From NCBI GenBank assembly GCA_003707115.1, contig PPNB01000012.1:1-64000 (forward strand): a DNA stretch of 64,000 bases. The letters run 5' to 3'. Within the stretch, counting starts at the first letter, position 1. Every line of letters begins with the position of its first letter. Under the pieces are notes generated by a model. That model made no database searches. It was not told where the DNA came from and worked only from the letters and a program-made list of their open reading frames with translations. The DNA is from Tortispora ganteri. Taxonomy: Eukaryota. Position numbers and translations under genes: made by a program. Of the stretch, positions 1 through 13,490 are shown in pieces.

Positions 1-2179
1 TAAGGTCCACCGCCCACCTTCTTGCCAGCAGCGTCTGCGACGGTTTGCACGGGCAAGCATTAGACACCACTCCGCAGCTGCTGTTACTCGACACGCTAGA
101 ACTCCACTGAGCTGAGCTGGATACGCTCGAACTGACACTCGAAATGGGACTTGAACTTGAACTCAAACTAGAACTAGAACTGGAACTCAAACTAGAACTA
201 GAACTAGAACTAGAACTAGAACTAGAACTAGAACTAGAACTAGAACTCATACTAGAACTCAAACTAGAACTCAGACTAGAACTCAAACTAGAACTCAAAC
301 TAGAACTCAAACTAGAACTCAAACTAGAACTGGAACTCAAACTAGAACTGGAACTCAAACTAGACCTAGAACTCAAACTAGGACTGGAACTCAAACTAGA
401 ACTTAGACTAGAACTGGAACTCAAACTAGAACTAGAACTCAAACTAGAACTGGAACTCAAACTAGACCTAGAACTCAAACTAGGACTAGAACTTGAACTC
501 AAATTCAAACTCGAACTGAAACTAGAACTAGAACTAGAACTCAAACTGGAGCTAGAACTAGAACTAGAACTAGAACTCAAACTAGAACTAGAACTAGAAC
601 TAGAAATAGGACTGGAACTAGAACTAGAACTCAAACTAGGACTCGAACTTGAACTCAAACTAGAACTCAAACTAGAACTAGAACTCAAACTAGAACTAGA
701 ACTCAAACTAGAACTAGAACTCAAACTAGAACTAGAACTCAAACTCAAACTCAAACTCAGACTAGAACTCGAACTCAGACTAGAACTCGAACTCGAACTC
801 AGACTAGAACTCGAACTAGAACTCAAACTAGAACTAGAACTAGAACTCAAACTAGAACTAGAACTCAAACTAGAACTAGAACTCAAACTAGAACTAGAAC
901 TCAAACTAGAACTAGAACTCAAACTAGAACTAGAACTAGAACTAGAACTAGAACTAGAACTAGAAATAGGACTGGAACTAGAACTAGAACTCAAACTAGG
1001 ACTCGAACTTGAACTAGAACTAGAACTCAAACTAGAACTAGAACTCAAACTAGAACTAGAACTAGAACTCAAACTAGAACTAGAACTCAAACTAGAACTC
1101 AAACTAGAACTCAAACTAGAACTCAAACTAGAACTCAAACTAGAACTAGGACTCAGACTAGAACTAGGATCAACTGGCTCTGGTGATCCACTTGCAGAAC
1201 CATATACCGAAATAGTTATTGTCTCGCCACTGATGCTAGTGAACATCACACTCACGGTCACAAAGACTCCAGACTGACGCTTGAATTGACCCGCCGATCC
1301 AAAGCCCGCAACAGGAATCACTATACGAATTGGGAACAAATATCCACCGTCAAATTCGGCCGGAAAACTTGCCTTGAACCCATTCGAACTGTCCAGAGGG
1401 GCAGTCCCAGAAGTCCCAGAAGTCCCAATAAGCTCCATGTTATCGCACCGCATGGCCAATTCACCCTCGTACACGTACGCATAAGTATCTGCAAAGTTAC
1501 TAGCATCATTTGCCTGTATATCTACAAACCCAACGTCGCCTGATGGTTCAACGTAAAACAAGTACTCAAAATAGCCCTGTTCGGATACTGATGCCAATAT
1601 AGAGTTTGACGAAACTCTCGCGGTCACATTGTCTCGTTGGTAGTTCCTGTACTCACCGTTCTGGATATCGCTCGACAACAAGTCTACCGCACCCTCGAAT
1701 ATAGCGGCAAATACTTCGCCTGCCCTGTAGGCAGGTCTGGTTGAGCATGCGTCTGCAGGCACAGTCGAGGGAGCTGTCGTTGGAACAGTTACTGCAGCTG
1801 TAGTGGGTGGCGTAGCGGGGTGCGTAGGCGGACGCGGACGTACTATAGTCTCCGTGATAATAACTGGAATCTCAATAGAAACGTGCACGTCAACCGACAC
1901 CGACATAGACACGGACTCGTAGTATGACCAGACATAGGTGCAGTCGTCTTTGACGAGCGGCGGACTAGGAACATAGGTCACCGTAGCGGGTGTGCACTGG
2001 TTGCAGTACCAGCCTGAAACTGTAGACACATGAGGCGCGCATTGGTCGTCGTAGACAGTCACACGTTTAGCACCAGACTCAGAAGTGTACAACCGCCCGT
2101 AGACAGTAGAAGTTTCAACAGGTGGACTGCAAATGAGCGTGTTCGTTTCTACAATAGTACTGTATATTTTCTGTACCAT
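1..2179 (-). CDS. Ser-rich adhesin-like protein, copy 1 (3' end runs off the window); Cys-containing N-terminus, GLEYA/PA14-like domain, ~340-aa poly-Ser stalk
   Basis: Absent from the ORF track because it has no stop in the window. ATG at 2179 gives MVQKIYSTIVETNTLICSPPVETSTVYGRLY...GWYCNQC...GGYLFPIRIV, then (SS/LS)n, then SCGVVSNACPCKPSQTLLARRWAVDL at the window edge. Colinear with the 4020-5831 paralog. Confidence 0.8.
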   Translation of the reverse strand, partial: MVQKIYSTIVETNTLICSPPVETSTVYGRLYTSESGAKRVTVYDDQCAPHVSTVSGWYCNQCTPATVTYVPSPPLVKDDCTYVWSYYESVSMSVSVDVHVSIEIPVIITETIVRPRPPTHPATPPTTAAVTVPTTAPSTVPADACSTRPAYRAGEVFAAIFEGAVDLLSSDIQNGEYRNYQRDNVTARVSSNSILASVSEQGYFEYLFYVEPSGDVGFVDIQANDASNFADTYAYVYEGELAMRCDNMELIGTSGTSGTAPLDSSNGFKASFPAEFDGGYLFPIRIVIPVAGFGSAGQFKRQSGVFVTVSVMFTSISGETITISVYGSASGSPEPVDPSSSLSPSSSLSSSLSSSLSSSLSSSLSSSSSLSSSSSSSLSSSSSLSSSSSSSSSPSLSSSSSSSPISSSSSSSSSSSSSSLSSSSSLSSSSSLSSSSSLSSSSSLSSSSSSSLSSSSSSSLSSSSSSSLSSSSSLSLSLSLSSSSSLSSSSSLSSSSSLSSSSSLSSSLSSSSSPSLSSSSSSSPISSSSSSSSLSSSSSSSSSSSLSSSSSSSFSSSLNLSSSSSPSLSSRSSLSSSSSLSSSSSLSSSSSLSSSLSSSPSLSSRSSLSSSSSLSSSSSLSSSLSSSLSSSLSSSLSSSLSSSMSSSSSSSSSSSSSSSSSSSLSSSSSSSLSSSSSPISSVSSSVSSSAQWSSSVSSNSSCGVVSNACPCKPSQTLLARRWAVDL
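144..1170. repeat. Hexamer minisatellite (CTAGAA/CTCAAA/CTGGAA units) encoding the Ser stalk on the - strand
   Basis: Directly visible; reads TTCTAG/TTTGAG units (Ser-Ser / Leu-Ser) on the - strand. Confidence 0.95.
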
Positions 2180-2229
2180 AGAGAGCGATTGACGGCAAGA
2201 AGCGGCGCACAGTGCCTCTTTTAAATCTT

Positions 2230-3970
2230 AGCAGAAACCATATAAAGCTTATTGCCGTCTTCAATGAAAACTTATCGTTGTCTTATTCGGCCTAGCCTTC
2301 TTGACATTCTTCTAGTCGCCGAATCCTGTCACAATGCCTAAGTTTAAAGTTGACCTTGATTGGTTGCTGCGTATTTAGAGTTATTAGCATTGAGGCTAAA
2401 ACACTTCAGCCTCAAACTCGTGCGCTCGATATGCCGCAGAATGTAACTGGAAACAATGTGCATGTACCATCCAGCAACTTGCAGCGTTGTCGACACTGGT
2501 TCTATTCTGAAAAAGCAAATCCATTGTAGATTGTTATGTCGTGGAAGGCATTGATCATTGATCAGTCAATGATGTGCACTGGCCGTTGGCAAGTAAGGAT
2601 GAGTTTTTTCCATAATTTAAATAAAGATCAAACTAAGCTCTGCTCAATAAGTATGTAGGTTTTATGCACGTTCAAGGTTTAGATCATTCATTTAATCTGA
2701 AAAAGGACATGCTTGAGGTTGCAGTAATTAAGTAATTTTACAAATACTGCTCTCTTCGGTCCTATCGGAGCGCTTATTTCTATCAAAGTAAGTCGTTAAT
2801 AGCTCTGAAAACCACGTCCTATCTTGCTGTTAGTCTCTAAGTAACTCCAAATCGCACAATCACATAATTGTTCATTGATGAGATTAATCGTTAAGGGAGA
2901 CTCTTTCTCCTGATCATACATGATCACCCTTATTTCATAGACGCTTTGCATTGTTGATCTCTTCAGTTTCTTCGGTCTGGGAAACCAACACCAAAAATAT
3001 AGCTCGCAATCTAATTGCGGTAACTAGCCTGACTGATAGCTGGATGTTCTGAGATTTAAGATATTTTAGCACTGCCTGCACTTCTTGGTTAATTAGTAAA
3101 CTTAGCTCAAAATTTCATTAAGAGAAAAAATTGTAAGAGAAACTCTGTTGCACTTGCTTGTTCTTGCTTGTTCTTCAAGTAACGCAATTGCACTGCTTTG
3201 CAATACTCTGCTTTCGATACGCCATTGTACCCATCTTCGATTCCAAGCATATCATCCTTCATACTCCCGCGTGCTATACAGTCGCCATACTGCGAGATTA
3301 TAGACAGTTAATGAAATCCTCAATTTTTTCTTAGAGCGATACGCCAATAACAAGGTTCATAGATTTTGTTGCGCGCTAGAATCTACCGAAAAGCAAAAAT
3401 AAAAAACCTTATCTACCGTTAAACCAACTGCAATGGTATTTGTCATGTGCCATTAACTGCCTAATATTATGATACACCCTGCATTCCGTTCACTCGTTCA
3501 GCAACAAAGTATACAACCTTCTAGGCTCTGCTTCAATGATTTACTGGTCCGCGAGCATTGTTGCCATGGTGCAATTTGCAGTTTGCAGTTTGCAGTTTGC
3601 AGTTTGCAGTTTGCAATACAGCTGCGGTTATCGCACTAGTCTCCTCTCGCTCGCTTAATTAAATCTTAAGTTCACCTAACATTAGTTCAGTAGGCTTTCC
3701 AGATACCGCGATTCTAGTATCGATAGCTTTGGCAATTCACGTAGACAATGCCTGCTCATTTACATTCAGTCAAACATGCATCAATAGTAGGGGTGGCTGG
3801 GGTATATGTATACTGTATTCCAATTTGGGATGTTCTGTGTCCCGTTTCTATGGTGGCGGGGGCTTTTATATATATACCGTATTTCCGTTTCGGGACGTTC
3901 CAATCAGGAAATTTAACTAACTCTATATTATCTATTCTGTTCCATCTAATCTCCACTATCGCCGACATTA
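2230..3970. repeat. Tandem-duplication spacer A (near-identical to 5885-7580)
   Basis: Long identical runs, e.g. ctagtcgccgaatcctgtcacaatgcctaagtttaaagttgacc at ~2312 and ~5963. Similarity ends at atctaatctcc(a/t)ctatcgccga near 3945-3965 and 7550-7571. Confidence 0.9.
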
Positions 3971-4019
3971 TTCTCCCCACGCCCGCTGCACACTAGCAAT
4001 ATATAACTACAATAATAAA

Positions 4020-5831
4020 TTAAAAAAGCTGGAAGAAAGTAATACTAATCTCGTCCTGGCGGTTACTGTAGAACACAAATCGCAACGGCGTCCAGCCCAC
4101 CGACAATCGCTGATAAATATCCCACTCGAGGTCTGACTCGAATGGGTGCGCGATTTTCCATCCACCGCTTCCGATTGCCTCTATGTCCCCGCACCTCATC
4201 CCGCTTTCCCCAACGAACAGATACCCTAAGTATGGATCGGTCTTCCCAAGAACAGTATCTAATGCGTTCATCCCGGAAGCATACATAAGAAACTCCGTCA
4301 CTGCATTGCCCCTAGTTTCAAATTTATATATGGGTTGTTCTGGGTCAAAAGTTAATCTCACGTCAACCTTGCTGGAATTCCCCACCCGGTACTTCCCTTC
4401 CGCTATATCCGTTTCATTGTACTGTTCAAGATCCACCGTCCACTCTCGCGCCAGCAGCGTCTGCGACGGTTCGCACTTGCAAGCGTTTGACACCACTCCG
4501 CAGCTGCTGCTACTCGACACGCTAGAACTCAAACTAGAACTAGAACTCAGACTAGAACTAGAACTCAGACTAGAACTAGAACTCAAACTAGAACCAGAAC
4601 TCAAACCAGAACTAGAACCAGAACTCAAACCAGAACTAGAACCAGAACTCAAACCAAAACTAGAACCAGAACTCAAACCAAAACTAGAACTCGAACTAGA
4701 ACTAGAACTAGAACTCAAACTAGAACTAGAAATAGAAATAGAACTAGAACTCAAGCTAGAACTCAAACTAGAACTAGAAATAGAACTAGAACTCAAGCTA
4801 GAACTCAAACTAGAACTAGAACTAGAACTAAATGAGGAAATAGGATTAACTGGCTCGGGTGATCCACTAGTAGAACCATATACTGAAATAGCTATTGTCT
4901 CGCCGCTGATGGTAGTGAACATGACACTCACTGTCACAGAGACTCCGCCCTGCCGCTTGACTCGACCAGCCGATCCAAAGCCCGCAACAGGAATGACTAT
5001 ACGGACTGGGTACAAATATCCACCAGCAAAGTCGACCGGAAAACTAGCTCTGAACCCATTCGAACTGTCCAGGTGGGCAGTTCCAGAAGTCCCAGAAGTA
5101 CCAATAAGGTCCATGTTACCGCACTGCATTGCCAATTCACCGTCGTACAGGTACGCGTAAGTATCTGCAAAGTTACTAGGATCATGCGCCTGTACATCTA
5201 CAAACGCAACGTCGGCTGATGGTTCAAGGTAAAACAGGTACTCGACATAGCCCTGTTCGGATACCGATGCCGATATAGAGTTTGACGAGACTGTTGCGGC
5301 CACATTGTCTCGCTGGTAGTTCCTGTATTCACCGTTCTGGATATCGCTCGACGAGAAGTCTACCGCACCCTCGTATATAGCGGCAAATACTTTGCCTGAG
5401 CTGTAAGCAGGAGTAGTTGAGCATGCATCTGCAGGCACAGTCGTAGGCACAGTTACTGTCGTTGCAGCAGGTGGCGTAGTGGGCGGCTTAGGTACTATGG
5501 TCTTCGTGACAATCACAGGTATCTCAACGGAGACGTGCACGTCAACCGACACGGACATAGACACGGACTCGTAGTATGACCAGACGTAGGTGCAGTCGTC
5601 TTTGACGAGCGGCGGACTAGGTACATATGTCACCGTAGCGGGTGTGCACTGGTTGCAGTACCAGCCTGATATAGTAGACACATGAGGCGCGCATTGGTCG
5701 TCGTAGACAGTCACACGTTTAGCACCAGACTCAGAAGTATACAAACGTCCGTAGATAGTAGAAGTTTCAACAGGTGGGCTGCAAACGAGCGTGTTCGTTT
5801 CTACAATAGTACTGTATATTGTCTGTACCAT
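4020..5831 (-). CDS. Ser-rich adhesin-like protein, copy 2; two degenerate GLEYA/PA14-like domains around a Ser stalk; no evident signal peptide or GPI signal
   Basis: First ATG at 5831 with TATATAA ~40 nt upstream. Motifs EYLFYLEP..YAYLYDG..GYLYPVRIV and TEFLMY..YLFVG..GWTPLRFVF resemble the GLEYA/Flo 'G.YYPIRI' signature. Confidence 0.8.
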   Translation of the reverse strand: MVQTIYSTIVETNTLVCSPPVETSTIYGRLYTSESGAKRVTVYDDQCAPHVSTISGWYCNQCTPATVTYVPSPPLVKDDCTYVWSYYESVSMSVSVDVHVSVEIPVIVTKTIVPKPPTTPPAATTVTVPTTVPADACSTTPAYSSGKVFAAIYEGAVDFSSSDIQNGEYRNYQRDNVAATVSSNSISASVSEQGYVEYLFYLEPSADVAFVDVQAHDPSNFADTYAYLYDGELAMQCGNMDLIGTSGTSGTAHLDSSNGFRASFPVDFAGGYLYPVRIVIPVAGFGSAGRVKRQGGVSVTVSVMFTTISGETIAISVYGSTSGSPEPVNPISSFSSSSSSSLSSSLSSSSISSSSLSSSLSSSSISISSSSLSSSSSSSSSSSFGLSSGSSFGLSSGSSSGLSSGSSSGLSSGSSLSSSSSLSSSSSLSSSSSLSSSVSSSSSCGVVSNACKCEPSQTLLAREWTVDLEQYNETDIAEGKYRVGNSSKVDVRLTFDPEQPIYKFETRGNAVTEFLMYASGMNALDTVLGKTDPYLGYLFVGESGMRCGDIEAIGSGGWKIAHPFESDLEWDIYQRLSVGWTPLRFVFYSNRQDEISITFFQLF

Positions 5832-5884
5832 GGCGAGCAACTTGGGGGTAAAAGGTTGCGCCTCGCCCTTATATAACTGCTAGC

Positions 5885-7580
5885 CGAAACCATAATAAGC
5901 TTATTAGCTTTTGCGTGAAAACTTATCATTGTATTTTTCGGCCTAGCGTTATTGACATTCTTCTAGTCGCCGAATCCTGTCACAATGCCTAAGTTTAAAG
6001 TTGACCTTGATTGGTTGCTGCGTATTTAGAGTTATTGCACTTCACGCTAACGACTTTTAGCCTCAAACTCGTGCGCTCAATGTGCCGCAGAATGTAACTG
6101 GCAAAAATGCGCATGTACCGTCCAGCAACTTGCAGAGTTATCGATACTGGTTTATTCTGAAAAATCAAATCCATTGTAGATTGTTATGCCGTGGAAAGCA
6201 TTGATCATTGATCAGTCAATGATGTGCACTGGCCGTTGGCAAGTAAGGAGGAGTTTTTCCATAACTTAAATAAAGATCAAACTAAGCTCTGCTCAATAAG
6301 TATGTAGGTTTTATGCACGTTCAAGGTTTAGATCATTCGTTTAATCTGAAAAAGGACATGCTTGAGGTTGCAGTAATTAAGTAATTTTACAAATACTGCT
6401 CTCCTCGGTCCTATCGAAGCGCTTATTTCTATCAAAGTAAGTCGTTAATAGCTCTGAAAACCACGTCCTATCTTGCTGTTAGTCTCTAAGTAACTCCAAA
6501 TCGCACAATCACATAATTGTTCATTGATGAGATTAATCGTTGAGGGAGACTCTTTCTCCTGATCATACATGATCACTCTTATTTCATAGACGCTTTGCAT
6601 TGTTGATCTCTTCAGTCTCTTCGGTCTTGGAAACCAACACCAACGATATAGCTCGCAATCTAATTGCGGTAAACTAACTTCACTAATACCTGGATGTTCT
6701 GAGATTTAAGATATTTTAGCACTGCACTCATTTCTTGGCCAATTGGTAAACTTAGCTCAAAACTTCATTAAGAGAAAAGATTGTAAGAGAAAATCTGTTG
6801 CACTTGTTGTCTTTGCTTGTTCTTGCTTGTTCTTCATGTAACGCAATTGCACTGCTTTGCAATACTCTGCTTTCGATACGCCATTGTACCCATCTTCGAT
6901 TCCAAGCATATCATCCTGCATACTCCCGCGTGCTATACAGTCGCCATACTGCGAGATTATAGACAGTTAATGAAATCCTCAACTTTTTCTTAGAGCGATA
7001 CGCCAATAACAAGGTTTATAGATTTTGTTGCGCGCTAGAATCAACCGAAATGCAAAATTTAAGAACCTTATTATCTGCTTGGCCGACTGTGATCATATTC
7101 GGCATGTACCGCTCAATGACTATTTTATAATACACCCTGCATTCCGTTCACTCGTTCAGCAACAAAGTATACAACCCTCTCGGCTCTGCTTCAATGATTT
7201 ATTGGTCCAGGAGCATTGCTACCATGCTGCCATGCTGCAATTTGCAGTTTGCAGTTTGCACTACAGCTGCAGTTATCGCACTAGTCTCCTCTCGCTCATT
7301 TAATTGGATTTTAAGTTCACCTAGCATGTGTTCAGTAGGCTTTCCGGGTACCGCACTTTTAGTTTCGATAGTTTTGCCAATTCGCGTAGACAATGCCTGC
7401 TCATTTACATTCAGTCAAACATGCATCAATAGTAGGGGTGGCGGGGGTTTTATATATAATGTATTTCCATTTCGGGACGTCACGTGCTTTATGTTTATTC
7501 TCATCTTGTTTTGTCCCAATCAGGAAAGTTGCTAAACTCTGTCTTATTCATCTAATCTCCTCTATCGCCGAGATTAGTCT
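5885..7580. repeat. Tandem-duplication spacer B
   Basis: Near-identical to 2230-3970; differs in (TTTGCAG)n copy number and small indels. Confidence 0.9.
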
Positions 7581-7698
7581 CCATTCCCCTTCAATTCTCT
7601 CTCTCTCTCTCTCTCTCTCTGTTCCACACACTCCCTATTACATCACTGCCCTCTCCTACACCGGCCTCGATCCATCAATTTATAAATACAAAAACAAA

Positions 7699-9396
<1,698 letters not shown>

Positions 9397-9959
9397 CTTG
9401 TCGATAGAAGCGTGACAGCTGTCACTCTCAACTAAATGACCCGCAATCGGCCTATCCCGCTCCGACTCCGACTCCACCTCCGACTGAACGATTAATGTCT
9501 AAATACTGCGCGACCCGGAGTACGACCGCGATTACCCATCCATGCTAGCTTAGATACTACATATGCAATTTACTGCCTATCATTGCATTCTGTAGCCTCG
9601 CCAACCGCTCCTTCACATACCTAACAGTGACAGCATTTTCACCTAACTGCACCATGCCACCCAAACCCCTCAGAAAACTTCCAGATTGCCTCTCAATATC
9701 GCCTCCCTAGTTTCTTTTTTCTATTAGATTGATGCCCGTCAATAATAATGTAGATGTTATCATTAATTACCATCAGTCTGCTCGTGACAAATTCGTTGCA
9801 ACGTAGACGCGGGCGTCAAGCGGAACGTGGCGTTAAGGTTGGGTTTACATTGCCGTAACACCTCATCTCACATCTCAAATTAAGACCGCCAAGCCCGCCA
9901 ATTTAAAGCTCAACTCTAATGATCACCCAGACATACAAACCGTATAATCGCTATAATAG

Positions 9960-10990
9960 CCTGAATCCGATGACACGTTTGCTGTCGGCGATATGACTGA
10001 TCTAGAATAGCCAAATAAAGAGCCCGGTATAGGCAGTGAACCAGAGCTAGATGACACACTATGGTGTGATTGCGTACTTATATTTGACAAAACATCCGAA
10101 CGAGAAGGTCTAGTTGGTTTCGGCAGTTCAAGTGTTCCAGAAGATACATTGGAACCAGGATGCGTACTTGAGCCGCACACCTATGCGCAAACGCATTTCG
10201 GATAAGCAAAGCACAGCAACGCAACAGGGACGACGCCTTGGCCTTCGCGCGGCAAGGCTCCGATGCCAACATCAACTTCTCCGCTAGATAACTAAAAGCA
10301 CTGCGTGACAGAAATAACACCGCCTTCCCGGAACGCCGAACTCCGTGCAACGTGACCAGTCACATATTGCGCAAGATGCTGATGTCCAAGACATCGAACG
10401 ACCCAAGTTAGATTTCTTCCAGTATAAAAAACGGTGGCGGTCCAATATTTCCAGCACAGTGTCGACATACATGTGTCATACAAGCAGTTCATGCGGGTGT
10501 TCTGCGGCGGCAACAATGAGGATGAAGAGAACGAAAACGGGTCCGGAGGCGATCGCGTAATAGAGCGATCCCCGAGCCCAGCCGCGGCTACACTTGTAGA
10601 GTCCGAAACGCAGCTGCCGGAAGACGACATTGTGGATAGTGAGTTTACGGGTCACCCGCGCGAGAAAGGTCGCAGCCGGCTGCAACTCCTATAGTGAACA
10701 GGTCGCGATCAGGTCGACGCTCTAAGCGCAGACGTCAAACCGAAGCAGAGTCGCAGGTGGCACAACACAACGTTGCGCTTGACGACCACTCCGAGGTCGA
10801 CAGCAGGTTTGCGGGATGTCCCGCACGCAGTAGTTCGCAATTAGCTACAACGCTATCTACAACTCCCCGTCCGCGTGCAAGAGAAACCGACTTTGTCCCT
10901 GATAGTCCGTTTGTTAGAGCAAACAGAAATGGCTCATCTTCGCCACTTGCTCTCCGTAGACATAATCTACGGTCTAACCTTCGGGAGTAA
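9960..10990 (+). pseudogene. Degraded ORF with tyrosine-recombinase-like motifs (possible mobile-element relic)
   Basis: Joining frames gives IFDKTSEREG ... DDALAFARQG ... VTSHILRKMLMS ... VAVQYFQHSVDIHVSY, a K / HxxR / H...Y pattern, broken by stops and frameshifts and followed by an acidic low-complexity tail. Confidence 0.35.
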
Positions 10991-12404
10991 ATGAAATGAA
11001 TATATGTGATACACTAAACACATAGTAGACATTCATATCACGTATATCATTTACTTTTTCTATCACCTTTTATCTGTTAAATTGATAACCGTTAGAAAAA
11101 TGCTGAGGTGAGTTAGAGTGAAGACTGGCTGTCGTGGTGAAATTGGGAGTTACATACCAAATTTCGGAGTAACTTCAAACCTGATAAACAAATGTACCTA
11201 CTATACACAAGACGCAAGTGACTATATTCACCCGACCACTGGTTTAGAAAATCAAGAAAACCGCCGATATCACCTAGCACAGCTTGATGCGGCTTCGACG
11301 CAGTGAAAATAGGAAACAGCTTGCCACTAGCAAGAGAACCAGTCAGAGTCTCACCGCTAGAGCCAATCGTCGACATATTCGAGCGTCATTGCGAAAACAC
11401 CTAGGAATAGGTAACCTTTACTGCCTGCGTTGGCAGGGAACGTCTGAATTGATGTAAGAGTGCTACCTTGATTGTCTTTTTTTAGCACAGGAAAGAAATG
11501 TATTCTATTAGGTTACACTAAAAAGATTGTCGTACCGCGATTATATGATCCAACACCGGCGTGGGAATGATACTTGAATTGCAGTGTCAGTAAGCGCAAG
11601 GGTAACATCGATTCAGCCTTGATGGGCCTGAATCAGACCCGCAGATAGCATTATAATGATAGATCATACGCACCACACGAGTAGTGTGTCCTTAGAAGTT
11701 GGGCGAACTCGCAGAAGCTATGTTGCAAGTATCTGTGTTGACAGAACCTTATGCATGCTAGAGTTGTTGAACCACTTATCAGTAGTATCACCGTGCATCG
11801 TCCTTGCCAATATACTATATATTTAGCATTCTCCTACCTATTAAATTACTAGAGGTTTACAGCACAAGCCTGACTTACTCTCTGCCCATTGTTTATTGGA
11901 GTCAATCTTGCTAGTCAATGGTCGCTGCCGAGGTGACATCAGTGATTTCGAATTTTTTTAATCGGAGATGACCTTAAGTCCTTTCAAGGGTTGCTCAGGC
12001 TCCCGCGGCCCTGAAAAGACATAGGCACATATGCTGATTGATAACCTAGGCTTTCAGAAATAAATGCTTGAATGCATTGAAAATTGCCATCGAAAAATAA
12101 TTAAACCCTGAAATACTGATCGGTAATCAGAAAGCATTAGATGAAAGTGCAGCAATAAATAATAAAAAGAAACCTCAGACTAATCTCATCTTCTTTGCCT
12201 AATAAGGTACAGCCTGATTAAATCTTAATGTCGACAAAAGGGCTACTTATCACTTTGCGAGGCATATATTACGTGGAGTATAAATAGCATGTTAACGGCG
12301 CTAACAATCACTTATCCGTATTATTAACGACGGGTATATACCTCTGCCGATTATATATAAAATCATTGGTTCCACTATTCACTCACAGACAACCATCAAA
12401 CAAC

Positions 12405-13490
12405 ATGACTTACCCCGAAACAATTGATGCAGTCGGAGTTGTGGACTACGACAAGTGGCCAGTCCCTTCCAAATTCTCTTACAAGCCCAGAGATTTCCGC
12501 GAAAACGACGCTGATGTTCAAATTGACGCCTGCGCTATATGCGGTTCCGATATACATGCTGCTAATGGTTCTTGGGGCCGTCCTCACGCCCCTGTGGATG
12601 TAGGCCATGAAATCATTGGTAAAGTGGTGAAGGTAGGGTCCAAGGCATCAAGCAAATTCAAACTTGGCGATAGAGTGGGCGTAGGTGCACGATGATTCTA
12701 TTGCAAGAACTGTGATGCCTGCAACAGAGGGTTCGAGAATAACTGCCTAAACAAAGTATCAATGTACTTCGATATTAATAAAGAATCTGGTGTCCCGACA
12801 CAAGGTGGTGACGCCTCTCATATCCGTGCTGACGGAAACATGGTGTTCCAAATTCCTGACAGCTTGGAGACGAAATATGCCGCATCTCTGCTATGTGGCG
12901 GAATCACAGGATTCGCTCCCTTGTTGGATAACAATGAGACTTAAGGCACCAAAATTGGCATAGTGGGTATTTATGGAGTTGGCCATATGCAATTCTATTT
13001 GCTAAAGTTCTTGGAGCTGAGGTGACTGCAATTTCTAGTTCTCAAAGCAAAGAAGAAGATACAAAGAGGCTTCGAGCAGCCCACTATGTTGCCTCCAACG
13101 ATCCTGAAAGTTTGAGAGAACATAACGGTTCTCTTGATATCATTCTCAACACCACTTCTTCGCTATCGCAGAGTGCTATTGTACCTCTAGGTCTCAGTAA
13201 TTCGACAAGGGGTCCAATAGCACTGATTTCGTTCCCGCCAGCTGCCGAAAAATCGAACTCTCGGCTCCGACCTTGCTGTTATCCAATTTGACGTTAAAAT
13301 GATCTGCTCTTGATACACCTGAGCAGATTGAATTTGTATTGAACTTCGCTGCTGAAAATAATATCAAGCCTTGGGTTGAAACTTTCGATACAAACGAGAA
13401 GAATCTTGGCGAGGCCTAGGTGAATGTCGAATCAGGCAAGGTTAGGTACCGCGCAGTTATGACTGGTTTTGACAAATTCTTTGCCGATTC
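12405..13490 (+). pseudogene. ADH6: NADPH-dependent medium-chain (cinnamyl-type) alcohol dehydrogenase pseudogene, ADH6/ADH7-like
   Basis: MTYPETIDAVG..CAICGSDIH..GHEIIG..GDRVGVG, LLCGGIT, IKPWVE, GKVRYR. Broken by TGA (12693), TAA (12942), TAG (~13417) and frameshifts near 12990 and 13250-13300. Confidence 0.85.

Noticed and set aside
144..1170. Repeat array as a CRISPR or telomeric repeat
   Set aside because: No unique spacers, eukaryotic context, and it lies in frame within a coding sequence.
144..1277. 377-aa (LE/LK)n ORF on +, and similar ORFs at 4183-5160, 8222-8596 and 8014-8616
   Set aside because: Antisense or alternative-frame shadows of the Ser-encoding hexamer repeats; the real genes are on the - strand.
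11100..11760. Short ORFs and protein-like fragments between the YR-like relic and ADH6
   Set aside because: No recognisable motif or family.
12693..12695. TGA recoding (Sec/Cys/Trp) suggested by in-frame TGAs in ADH6 and adhesin copy 3
   Set aside because: ADH6 also has TAA, TAG and frameshifts, and TGA ends normal genes here (e.g. NCS1, CIA1).
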